The notes under the pieces: model-generated
Told to the model about the DNA's origin: nothing
Databases searched by the model: none
Seen by the model: only the letters and a program-made list of their open reading frames with translations
From: Felis catus
Lineage: Eukaryota
Assembly: GCF_018350175.1 (NCBI RefSeq)
Contig: NC_058373.1
Span: 110,734,001 to 110,798,000, forward strand
Reading direction: 5' to 3'
Length of the DNA stretch: 64,000 nt
Position numbers and translations under genes: made by a program
Part shown: piece by piece, positions 37,671 to 49,599 of the stretch
Position numbering within the stretch: the stretch's first letter is position 1
Layout of the letters: each line of letters begins with the position of its first letter

Positions 37671-39829
37671 GCTTAATTTATATTTTAAAAAAGGACACCC
37701 CAAATAGATGCGGAAACTATGGCCAGAAAAGGTGCAGAATTTGTTTCAAGTCCCTCCTGGGCCAGAGCAAGCCCAGGGCTTCCTGCCTTCACCCTCCTGA
37801 CAGCTGGGGAGTTGGTCAAGGTCTGACTTCTGGGGCTGGTCTGTAAGCTGGAGGAAGCGTGAAGCGGAGTCATGGAATAGCATGGAAAGTGCACAGAAAG
37901 GAGCCAACTTGGCATAAGCCTGGCATGTAGTCCACTTTGCCATCCATCCACCTCTGCTGGTGCTCTTGCAGCCCTGCCTGAATCTACCCAGTGCCCTGGC
38001 CTGGCTTCTGGTAGCTGGGCAAAGCTGTGATCTGAGTTCAGTGGGAAGACAAGTCTCCACCTGATTAACTGTCTGCCTTTCCCACCAGCTCATTTTCTCC
38101 TCTTGGTCTTGGGCCTGTGCCTTGCTGTTAATTTGCAGGGCTCATTTAGGTCTCTTCTGGGTTATCAGGACTCTTTCACCTAGTCCCTGACTGTCCTGCT
38201 AGCCCAGATCGCTTTCTAGGCTGGAGGCTGTGGGTGGGGCCATGTCACTCTGCTGGCTAGCTTGGATGGTTTCCTACTGTGTTAGGTGACAGATTGTTCT
38301 TGGACAGGAAATTATTTAAGTTCAGCTTTTCCTCTGATGATCTGCAAAGCATTCAGTCAACACATGTGGAACTGAAAACCCTTAGGGACCTGACCATTAA
38401 TGGGGTCCTCAGGCATAGCATGAGATACTTTCCATAGTGGGGGAAGAGTCGTGGGATATGGGGTCTCCCATATCATGGGGGGAGGGTGTTCCCTATGGGT
38501 CTATTGCGAGGTGTGGAAGTTATTTCCTTCCTCACTGGATTGTGGCTTTGGAGCCACCTGGTAGCCTCAGATGACCTTTTATGAGGTTCTTTTCAGAGGC
38601 AGTGGCTCTCAGGGGGAGAGGCTAGGTGACAGTTGCCAGAGTTCAGGCAACTGATGTCTGTGTCTAGGAAGGAGGCTGACACCAGGGGTCTTCCTCATTT
38701 CCCAATTCTGCGCCATCTGCCTTTCCTGACGTAGATCGTTCACTGGGATGTTCCATTCCAAGTTATCCTGCCTTTTTCCCTTCCAAGCCCTGGAGGTGCA
38801 TGGAGGAAGGATGTTCTCTAAGACTTAGTATCTAGCCCATAGCCACTAGCCAGAGGTGGCCATAGAAATGTAAACTCATTTCAATTAAATAAAATCAAAA
38901 ATTCAATTTCTCAGTTGCACTAGCCACACCGTAAGTGCTCAGTAGCCCTACGTGGCTCCCATAATGGGAATTGCAGATACAGAACACTTCCATGAATACA
39001 GAAAGGTCTTTTGGACAGCACTGCCCTAGGTCTCCTCTCGCTTTCTTCCTCTATGATTCTGATCCGGAGTGACTGGTAGCTGCTGCTCCCTTATCCTGGG
39101 GCCTCCAGAGCATGCTGCCTACTGAGAATTCAAAAGCAGAGAATGAGCAGTGGAGAAATGCCTTCAATTCCCACCCAATATTGAGTCCAGGGCAGCCTTA
39201 GGCTCTGAGATTTTGCTCTTCCTGAGGATGACACCTACTGTGTCCTTGCCCTACAGTCCTACGGTCCTGAAGCTGCCACCCAAGCCCTTTAAGTGAGTTC
39301 TGGCCTGCAGCAAGGATTCTGTTCTGCTCATCACCAAATCCATTTCTTGAATTTTCCATGGTGTAAAGGCATACCAGCGTAACCCAGTCTTCTGAGCTAG
39401 ACCCCGCTCCTGAAACACCTACATCCCTTTGGATGTTTATCCAGTTACTAACCCTGCTGCAGTGTCCTGTGATAGATACCTGTTGTCCCTACACAAGCCT
39501 TCCCAGCAATTAACCATTTGTTTTCCTATGAAAAGAATCTAGCTATTACGGATGGGAAGAAGTGGGGACATGTCTCTACCTGTGAAGTCCATAACAGGGA
39601 ACGGGGTTTTCCAGAACAATGTAGCACAGCCTTGCCTTCTCCCCCATACTGTCCTTTCAGCCTTTTGGGGGCACCCCAAACAGCACAGGTATTCCCCACA
39701 GGACAGCCAACTTTGGGACTCTGTCAGTGAACCTCTTTTACCTCTTTGGTCAGGGATCCCAACAAGGGGGTATGAAGAGGGAATAGGAGGGAAACTTCTA
39801 CTCTTTCCACTGGGGTTGATAACCTCAAA

Positions 39830-40098
39830 GAATGTGAATCTCAGGCCCTGGACAGCCATTTCCCTGCCTTGCCATGAGAGCCAGCCTATAAAGTGGTTCT
39901 TAGTAAGAGTAGAAAAAGGGAGAGAAAACAGAGCCGCAACATAATATCAGAGCCCCTAGAGGCAGCTGTGCCCTGACGCTCTTGCAAGCTAACGTACTTC
40001 CATCCCTGGATTTTCTAGTTCTAAGAGACAAAGCCCCTTCCACTTAAGTTAGTGTTGAGTCTCTGTCACTTGCAACCAAAAGAATTCTTACTAATACA
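39830..40098 (+). mobile_element. Old MLT1 (J/K-like) LTR 3' part
   Basis: Ends 'ctctgtcacttgcaaccaaaagaattcttactaataca', typical of MLT1 LTR ends. Confidence 0.65.
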
Positions 40099-41455
40099 GA
40101 GTCATTAGGTCTGAATATCTGGGAGGAAGAAGTCTCTGCCTGATGATCAAGTTCAGGTCTCGGCCAAGACACCTGAAAAGAATGACCAGGCTGCAATACC
40201 AGTGCACCCGAGATGGCTCACCCGAGATGTGACAGCGTCACACACAGACCAATCCTGACCATAGGTTCGCCTTCCCAGCACTGTCTTCTGCTCCTCATAT
40301 TTCCCCTCCTCTTCAGCCCCCCGAAATCCTCTCTGTCTCTCAAGACTCTAGTTAGAAGCCTCCTCCTCCAAGAAGTCTTTCCTCATTACTCTAGCCTCTA
40401 GCATGCATAAGTTCTCTGCTCTCTGGCTTTTAGTGCCGTGTAGAATTATCAAAAAAAATAGCGAACTTATACCGTGTCTGCTTCCATTGTCTACAATGGC
40501 ATTTTAAAGATCTTACTGTTAAATGTCTGCAGTTTATCCCCTCTCCCACCTGGCTGAGGTCAGAGATGGGGTCTGATGCTTTTATGTCCTTGACAGGAGC
40601 CAACATAATGCCTGGCACATTAACAGAACTGCCATGAATGTGGATTAGAAACTTGTGGGAACAAGTGTGGGAGCTATAGGAGTCAGGTCTGTGTGCAGCT
40701 CTTCTCAGTGGGAAATAAACATCCGCTCGTGTGCCGGGGGGTCGGGGGTGCATCCCCGTAGTAAGTTCTGCGGTCTCCTCACATCAGGGAGGGAGGATGG
40801 AGGGAAAGGAGGAGGAAGTGAGAATGTAGATCTTTGCTTAATGGCTGAGACCTCCCAGGGAAGGGTCCCTAGGACGTATGGGCTAGTGGAGAATAGAAGT
40901 GACTCTGTGCCTCAGACTTCTCTCAACTTCTCTCTCCTGGGGGAGGAGAGCAGACCCAGAGGGTGGGTGCAGGTGAGGAAGGGCACATGCCGAATTGAGT
41001 CCTCTCTGGAAACGCCTTCAGAATTGGCTCAGGGGCCACATGGAAGAAACTAGTGTCCTCACCCCACTGTCATTCCTCATTCTGTCATAGCTCCATTTTA
41101 ATGCAGCTAGAGATTACATTTTCCACCAGACTTGAGTTTGAATGGCATTTGGCTATTTCCCAAACATCCTACCCCAACATTTGAGGCCCAGTATTTGCCA
41201 ATACTGAAGCCATTAAAGTAATTTAAAGGCTTTTTGAGTGATGAGACGATCTTCAACATAAGCACATATCCTTATTCTTCAAAAGCCAACTCTATTTGAA
41301 TATGTCTCTTCTGGGTCATTTGTAAAAAGGGAGAGAATCTCTTTCCTCTGTTCAGCTGTGGTAATAGTCCCATCTAAGAACACAGAAGATACCACACAGT
41401 TAGGCCCTCGACTATTCTCTAATTGTTTTCTGGCTCTTCTCTTTAAAAAAGATTT

Positions 41456-41946
41456 TTTAAAAATGTTTGTTTATTTTTGAGAGAGACAGAGACAGAGCAT
41501 GAGTAGGGGAGGGGCAGAGAGAGAGGGAGACACAGAATCTGAAGCAGACTCCAGGCTCTGAGCTGTCAGCACAGAGCCTGACATGGGGCTCAAACTCACA
41601 AACCGTGAGATCATGACCTGAGTTGAAGTGAGATGCTTACCCAACTGAGCCACCCAGGTGCCCCTGAGAACCAGGAGTGCTGCGGTCAGGAGAAGATCAG
41701 TGTCCCAACTCACACAGTCAGGCAGAGAGCAAATTCAACCTTTCTTCATTTCTGTGTTCTGTGCAAGCCCTCAATGAATTGAAGGATGCCCACCTAATCC
41801 ACAATCCACTCTACTCAGTTGACCCATTCAAATGCTAGTCTCTTCTGGAAACACTCTCATCATAGACACACCCAGAAATAATGTTTAACCAGATGTCTGG
41901 GCATCATATGATCCAGTCAAGTTGACCTATAACCTTAACTATCACA
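41456..41946 (-). mobile_element. Can-SINE (41456-41664) abutting an MLT2-type LTR fragment (41665-41946)
   Basis: 'agacacacccagaaataatgtttaaccag...ccagtcaagttgac...taactatcaca' resembles MLT2. Confidence 0.85.
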
Positions 41947-42072
41947 CACCCTAACACTTATTAAACATATCCCGGGCAGGTGCTAAGTTCTTTACTGATT
42001 TTATTTCATTCTTAGAGATATATATGAAAATTGCATAAAGAAAAAATACTTAGGTGACTTCTAGGGTCTCTT

Positions 42073-42298
42073 TCTTTTTTAAAATTTTATTTTAGAGAGA
42101 GATTGAGAGAGAGAGAGAGAGAGAGTGCGTGAGTGGGGGAAAGGGGGAGAGGGGCAGAGGAAGAAAGAGAGAGAATCCCAAGCAGGCTCCATGTTGAGCA
42201 TGGAAGCTGACATGGGACTTGATCCCATAACCCTGGGATCATGACCTGAGCTGAAATCAAGAGTCAGAGGCTCAACCGACTGAGTCACGCAGGCACCC
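42073..42298 (-). mobile_element. Can-SINE
   Basis: TSD ctagggtctctt at 42061-42072 and 42299-42310. Confidence 0.95.
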
Positions 42299-45200
42299 CT
42301 AGGGTCTCTTCCAGTTGTAAGATTCTTTGACTTGAAATGGCATTAGGGAAACTAGGATGCTGAGGTGGGGCTTGGGAACCTAACACTTAGAAGCAAAAAT
42401 ACAAATAACATTATAAGCTACCTCTTTCTGTGGACTAGGAACCATGTGTTCCTTACAAATGTTTTCTCACTTATTCCTGGAAAACACCCTATGAGATAGG
42501 TATTACTACTCACCCCGTTTTCAGATGAGGAAACTGAGACAATGAGAGATTAAATGGCTTGACCAAACAGCAGTATTCAGGTATGTTGACTCCAAAACAT
42601 GTGCTCTTAACCACCATGCTTCCAGAGAGACTGCAAAACCCTCCTTATCTGGTCTGGATGCCTGAGAATGTGCCTTTCCATGAGGTCACAGGGATGTAGG
42701 TGAGCTGGGGGAGGGAGCCGGCAGGAGTGTTGTCATAGGAACAGCAAATTCCACTGTGAGGACTGGTAGTGTGCAGGCAGCTGGGCTGAGGAAGGTTCTG
42801 GAAATAATTCTGCAGGAGTCTCTGAGCCCAGGAGGAAGCCGACTCTCTACTCCCTCCAGCAGGACTTGGTAAACCGCAGCTTTGCTTTCTGTCTCTCCAG
42901 GGGCAGGCAGGACAGGGTGTTTTCTGAGTTCTATTCCTGGGGGATAGGCGGCAGAGCCATGATTAGGACTACAGAGTCTGTGCTTGCCAGGTCCTGCCTT
43001 ACCTTTCAGAGCCAGCTAGCTTGAGAGGTCACCAGTGTTTAGAGACTTTTGCTCCCCCCGCCCCCCATCATCTTATGACCTTGAACACATTCCTCCTTTT
43101 CTCCCAATCACTCGATACACCAGCCCCTGGAACAGGTCTGTAATTTACTTGTGAGCCTAGCAGGCTTTCCAGTCAGTTGCGAGGCAATTCACAGCAGTTT
43201 GGTTCAGAAGAGCAGGGAGGGGACGTTTCTTTCCTTGGGTTTAATTTACTCAAGTTGCTCCCATCTGTTGGAGTCTGATTGCTCCTTGGGAGCCAGGTAA
43301 GGTATTTTGGTTGTACAAGTTTCGGCTGCAGAGGGGCCTGGGAACCTGTCCTGGGTCTGCTGCTAAGAGCTACATAACCTGGGGCATGTGACTTGACCTG
43401 ACGCTTGATGTTCTCACCTGTAAAATGGGAGAGAACTATTGCCTCAAAGGATGGTTGGGAGGATGGAATGAGAATACTCACGGAGCACTTGGCACTGCTC
43501 CTGGCACAATGCTACCCCCCTAATCTTCCTAGCAGGCTGAGGACAACCACAGGCCTCAGGTAAGGGTATTTGGATTATGGAGTCAGGGGGTAGGAAGCCA
43601 GATTTTTCTCCCTAGTCAATCAAGCTTGGAGGTGAAGAGGAAAGAGAGCTAGTCGCTGAATGATCCAGTTTGGGATTCCTTAGGATGACAGAATCCAAGG
43701 TTTTCGGGACTGGAAGAAGCCCCGACAACCCTCTCGGGCTGAGAAGAGTGCAGTCATGTAGCAGGAGGGTGAAGAGGACAGCGAGCCAGGGTGGTCTCCA
43801 CAAAGCACCGCCTGTGAAGGTAGGCGAGGTTTCCATGGGGTGGGGGGAGGGGGGGGGGCTGGCAGCCACGAATAAGATAGGACTGCGTGGGCTCTGTGAG
43901 CCTGATCACTGTTCGTTTGGAGGAACGATTATTCCTTCCACCCCTGGATCAGTTCCTCATTTCTCCTGGGGGAGATGCTGGTGACTTAGGAAAATAGAGG
44001 GGACTGGGTCCCAGTTGCCCTAATCTGGTTATAACCAACCCATGTTTCCTGCAGGGGCTGGCACAGAAGCCAAAGAAAGAGTATGCTGACCTGGGCCCCA
44101 CTGGTTTCTTGGAACAACTGCTCTGTACTCTTTGGGCAAGATGGAGAAGCCAGGGCTGAGTCTACCGACAGGCCCCCGTCTAGAAGGAAAACATCAACAA
44201 CCAAAATTACAGTTAGGAAGAACTGCTTCCATCTGCAAGTAACTGGGCAATTACCTCCTAATTAAGCTCTCATTAATTTGTTTTCCGAGCATTACAGTAT
44301 CGTAGGTGCACCCCGCCCCACTTGTCACCGAGGTGTTGAGGATGAAGCATTTCACATGAATCAAGGTGGAACTCTTTCATCTGATTACATGTCATAGCCT
44401 GATTTGTTCCAACATCGTGAGGTCTTAAGAGTCATACCTTTTTATCTTTGGAGCATTGGATTTGCAGGCTTTCTTCTATTTCAAGTCCTGGGTTTGGGGA
44501 AGGAGGGGAGGAAGAGGAAGGGCCAGGAGGGGAAAAGACAAGAGGTAGAATTCAGATCATTTTTCCCACATGTGGTCTATACATCTGAATCACTTGCTAT
44601 TAAAATGCAGATTCCTAGGGGTGGCTTCAGTCCTGCGTCAGAAAGTTCCCACATGATTCTTATGAATGCCCAGGTCTGAAAAATCTCAGCTAGAAGCAGA
44701 CAGTCCTATGGGATATTAACCCAGATAAAGAAGTACACAGACAACTCACAACACCATTTCAGCTAATAGTTTCTGAACCCACCCCAGAAAATCTTTCACT
44801 TTAGCATTAAGCTGGGGAAAGCTTGACTGTTCCATGTTTATACCTCATCCATCTTACAGGTGATGGTGCAAATAGAAAAACATCTGGCACAAAGGCGGAA
44901 AATCCAAGAAGGGACAGTGTGTAAATCAACCCCTAGACCCTTAAAGGCTGATATCTTAGTGCCAGCTCTCTGGTCTCAGGTGTCGTAAATGCTGACTTAC
45001 AGCTCCTTTATCTGCCGATAACGAAGGTGAACATAAGTGGATCTCCAGAAATGGTTCGCAAGCAGCTCCCAGGTTCTTGAAAAACCACAAGTGATTGGCA
45101 AATGTTTCTGTTGCAGACACGAACTCAAACAAACAGCTCATTTCCTTCAAGAGCTCTTCACAGCAGTGGCTGGGAGCCTGAAGGTAGGGGCGGGGGCGGG

Positions 45201-45624
45201 GGGGGGGGGGGAGAGTCTTCCTCTCCCTTCCCCCACACCTTCTTCCCCTTTCTGATGTCAGATTTTTTTCTGACAATACGGGGTTTAGACTTGGGGAAAG
45301 AAGCAATTAATAAAGAACTTCAGGACAGGGATTTCAGTTCTCCCCCCTACCCAACCCCCAGGCCTTTGCCCTCTCAGAGTGAGTTACAGACCTTCCATTT
45401 TATTCATTTCAGGAAGCCTGGGGGCCACAAGGCTCTGAATCACTGTCTTGTAAGGGCATTGTGTTACATTGAACTTCATTCAGTGTTCTCCGAGAAAATA
45501 CAGAGCTGGGTCCTGCCTACCAAAGATTCTTGCAATCTGATAGAATTCTATCTGATAGATTCTGATAGATCCTGATTACAGGCAGTCTGCTAATTCTGGA
45601 ACAGGTGGTAGGAGTTCACACTTT

Positions 45625-46907
45625 TTAAAATAAAAATAACAGTTTTGTTGAGATATATTGCACATACCACACAGTTCACCCACTTAAAGTATACAATTTA
45701 ATTTTTTTTTTTTGGTCTAATCACTATTTTCAGTGTGTATAGCACTCCTAAAAGAAACGCCAAACCCGTTAGCAACTATTCCCCATCTTTTTCCAACTTC
45801 CCTCCACCCCTACCCCAGCTCTAAGGCAGCCACAAATCTACTTTCTGTCTGTATAGATTTGCTTATTTTGGACAGTTCATATAAATGGAATTGTACGTAT
45901 ATGGGTTTTGGTGGCTGGCTTCTTTCACTTAGCGTAATGATTTCAAAGTTCGTTCATGTTGTAGCACCAACCACTACCTCATTCCTTTTTATGACTAAAT
46001 AATATTTCATTGTACAGATACACATTTTATCCATTCATCATCAACTGATGGACATTTGGGTTGTGCCTACCTTCTGGCTATTGCGTAGTACTTCTATAAA
46101 CATTCGTGTGCAAGGTTTTGTATGGACACACTTGGGTACATACAGTAAAACCTTGGATTGCGAGTAACTTGTTCTGCCAGTGTGCTGCAAGATGAGCAAA
46201 CATTTCTAATAGATTTTTAACTTGATAAACAAGCCATGTCTTGCAATATGAGTAGTACGTGACGCCCAACGTCACATGATCACAACTGAGCCAATGGTTC
46301 TTGAAATTCGCTTTGATATACAAGTGCTTTTGATTACAAGCAGGTTTCTGGAACAAATTATGCTCGCAAACCAAGGTTTTACTTGTATATACCTAGGAGT
46401 GGAATTGCTGAGTCATGGGTTCACTGTTTGATCTTTTATGTATGAGAGTTCTAATTTCTCCATATCCTCATTAACCCTAATTATTATATGTGTTTTTGAT
46501 TTTAGCCATTCTAATGGGTATATAGTGAAATTTCATTTTAAAAAGTTTCTTTTAAAGATTTTATTTTTTTATGTGATCTCTGTACCCAACTCGGGGCTCA
46601 AACTCATGACCCCAATATCAAGAGTTGCATGCTCCACTGGCTGAACCAGCCAGGTGCCCCTTAAAATTTTTTTTAATGTTTATTTGTTTAAGCAAGGTCT
46701 ACACCCAATGTGGGGCTTGGACTCACTACCGGAGAGATCAAGAGTTGGCTCACGGACTGAGCTACCCAGGCACCCCTCATTGTTTTTTTTTTATTCCATT
46801 TCCATGGTGGTTAATGTTGTTGAGTAGCTTTTCATGCACTTATTGGCCATTTCTATATCTTTTTTGGAGAAATGTTGATTTGATTTTTTGCCCATTTTTA
46901 TTTTACT

Positions 46908-46946
<39 letters not shown>

Positions 46947-47315
46947 ATGCATGTGCACTCGAGCAGGGAAGGGGCAGAGAGAGAGGGAGAGAGAGCAAAT
47001 CCCAAATAGGCTCTGCACTGTCAGTGCAGAGACCAACTAGGGGCTCAATCTCACACATGAGATCATGACATGAGCCGAAATCAACAGATGCTTAACCAAC
47101 TGAGCCACCCAAGTGCCCCTTGCCCATTTAAATTTTTTTTTTATTGAGTTGTAGGAATTCTTTATATATTCTAGGTAAATCTCTTATCAGACAAGTGATT
47201 TGCAACAATTTCCTCTCATTTTTTGGGTTGTCTTTTTAATTTCTTGATGACCCTTGAGGCATAGAAGTTTTAGATTTTGATGACGTTTAATTCGTCTTTT
47301 ATTTTGTTGCTTGTG
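45625..47315 (-). mobile_element. Ancient L1 (L1MB-like) 3' region hosting a MITE and three Can-SINEs (~46555-46660, ~46690-46777, ~46898-47119)
   Basis: Reverse L1 motifs 'acagttcacccacttaaagtatacaatt', 'ctgatggacatttgggttg' and 'cctaggagtggaattgctg'; peptide HFSKKDIEMANKCMK on the minus strand. Confidence 0.85.
46143..46385. mobile_element. 243-bp MITE, Tc1/mariner-pogo (Tigger-like) non-autonomous DNA transposon
   Basis: Left TIR CAGTAAAACCTTGGATTGCGAG (46143-46164); right end CTCGCAAACCAAGGTTTTACTTG (46363-46385); TA on both sides. Confidence 0.85.
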
Positions 47316-49599
47316 GCTCACACTTTGAGAAACATTACTAAAATGCAACTTGAAACTCTGGAAGAGACCTCAAAGCTTGGCTGGGCTTTTTAGGTCACCT
47401 TGGAGGGGATTTCCTCCCCCCATCCCAGCCGCCCAGGTTCCTCCTCTGAGCTGGACACAGAGAGCCTCAGGGGACCTTCACCGCGTTTACATCCCCTCCC
47501 TCTCCTGAGGTCTACCACAATGGAGCAGCTGAAATGACAGTTTGGAAATGTCCTTTATTGTGAAAACTCAATGGTCTTTGTCTCTGGGATTTGAAATTTT
47601 GATGCTGATGTCGGCAGCCATGAGTTAGGAAGGAGGGGGGGAAGGGCCCGGGAGAAGTAACCCATCCACTGATCTCCATAGTGAGTCATTTCAATCGTCT
47701 GTGCTGTCTTGGTTTTCTCACCCATAAAATGGGGGAGAACACCTCCATCTCCCCATCTCTGTGGGGATACTGTGATGATGAATTAATCTGTATTTGTTAG
47801 AACACTTTGAGATCTTGGATTAAAGGCATTACTGAAGCACAAGGTATTATTATAATAATAAATGATTTAATAGTAGGGAGGGTGCAGCTACTAGAGCAAG
47901 AATCGGAAGGGGCAGGAAGTAGGGAGGCTCTAATTGGTGGAGTCTGGGCCCAGACACAGGTCTTTATCCTTAGAGGTGAGATTGTCTGATTTCTCACAGA
48001 CTGGGTTATTTCATCTGAATTCACTGCATGACAGAGTACTTCCTATATGACTTCTGCATGAGGAAAGACTACAGTTTTTGTTTTAGGAAATAAGTTATGT
48101 ATATCAAAACAATTAGAAGCAATGCAAGACATTATAATGAAGTTCTGAATTGAATATAACAGGTGTCAAAAAGAAGGCAGAAAAGATGGGGAAGATCAGC
48201 TTTCCCCAGGTCTGTCGCACACTAGCTGTGTGGCCGACCTTGCCTCAGCTTCTTCGGTGACTACAGTTGTTTGTATAAAGGACTTAGGGTTAGTAAGCAC
48301 TCAAATGTTGGACCTATCTGGGATCTTGTCAGACTCTGCTTTTGCTGGTTATGTAATCTTGGTCAAGTTGCTATAGATACCTCTGATCCTCAGTTATCCT
48401 GTCTGTAAACTGGGGATAAGGATACTTACTAGCTCACAAGGTAACTGTGAGGATAGAGGAAGGCAATGTCAACAGCATAGCACCACTCCCTACAAATGGT
48501 AAGCCTCCACTAAATGAGTCATTATTACTGTCATTGACACTCTTCGCTGTCCTGGCTAAGGCGTGAGGAGTGCACTCAGTAATGGCTTAGCCAAGTCAAG
48601 GGCCTTCTTTGGACGCTGGAATTTGAGGTGGGCAGCACGGGATTGGTATGATTCAGGTGATCAGGGAAGAAAGGATCAAAGAAAGGCAGAAGCAGGAGGA
48701 GGGACTGCCCCCTGGAAGGCAGGACGGGACTTGGGCTTCTCCCGGGAGCCTGGCCGGCTGTATCTGGTAGAGCCGCGGCGGCTGTTTACCCCCAAACTCC
48801 TTCCGCAATCTCGGCTTTCACCTTCCCAGTCCGCGAATGTAGGGCTCTGCAAGCTTGGAGCAGACCCTCCCTCCCCGAGGCATGTGGGTCCGACTTCCGG
48901 GGCCGGTCAGGCCCAGCGCTTACCCCTTTCCCGGCCGTCTGGAGCCAGGAGCCCCGCAGTCTACACCCCACCCTCTGCCAGGATCCTGTTTCAAAGTCAC
49001 CTGAAAGCCATTTCCTTCCGCGCCCGCAGTCTCAACTCCCCTCCCCTCCCTGTAAATCACCTGGAGTTTGCATTTGCCTGGAGCTTTTTTTTTTTTTTTA
49101 AGCTTGTTTTCTTTTTGACGAGAACTTTACTTGTCGTTTACTATACACATTTGTCTACACAGAACCTAGCGATTCTGTATCAGTGTCCCATTCCTCCTCC
49201 CTAGGAACTGGTGATAATGCCTACCCAGTGGGACCTCTGCTGGGGTCCCACCCTGGGCTTCTCTCCTGCCTTGTGCTGGACAGCATCTTTTGTCTATCTT
49301 TCTTGATGAATTATTTTGCATTTTAAAATTTATGATCTTGCTCAAAATCTAGCCTGTCCTTATTGAGAGCCTCCCCCCCCCCCCAGGTGTGTGCCTTTCC
49401 ATACCCATAAGATTACATAAAGACATAAAAACGGAAGGAGACGGGTTCTCTGTCTTCGTTTCACGAAAACGTGGTTCTCTATTACACAGGTTTCCGCATC
49501 TTGTTTTATCCACCGAGTTTTGGTGGACTCCCGCCAAGTTAGCAGTTTCTTCGTCTCGTCAGCTTCTCAGAGGCTTGGATTTACATTTGTAAAGGGTCA

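Noticed and set aside
33721..44192. Exact 17-mer ccgtctagaaggaaaac at both 33721-33737 and 44176-44192
   Set aside because: Flanks are unrelated, and a chance 17-mer pair in 64 kb has an expectation of roughly 0.1-0.2
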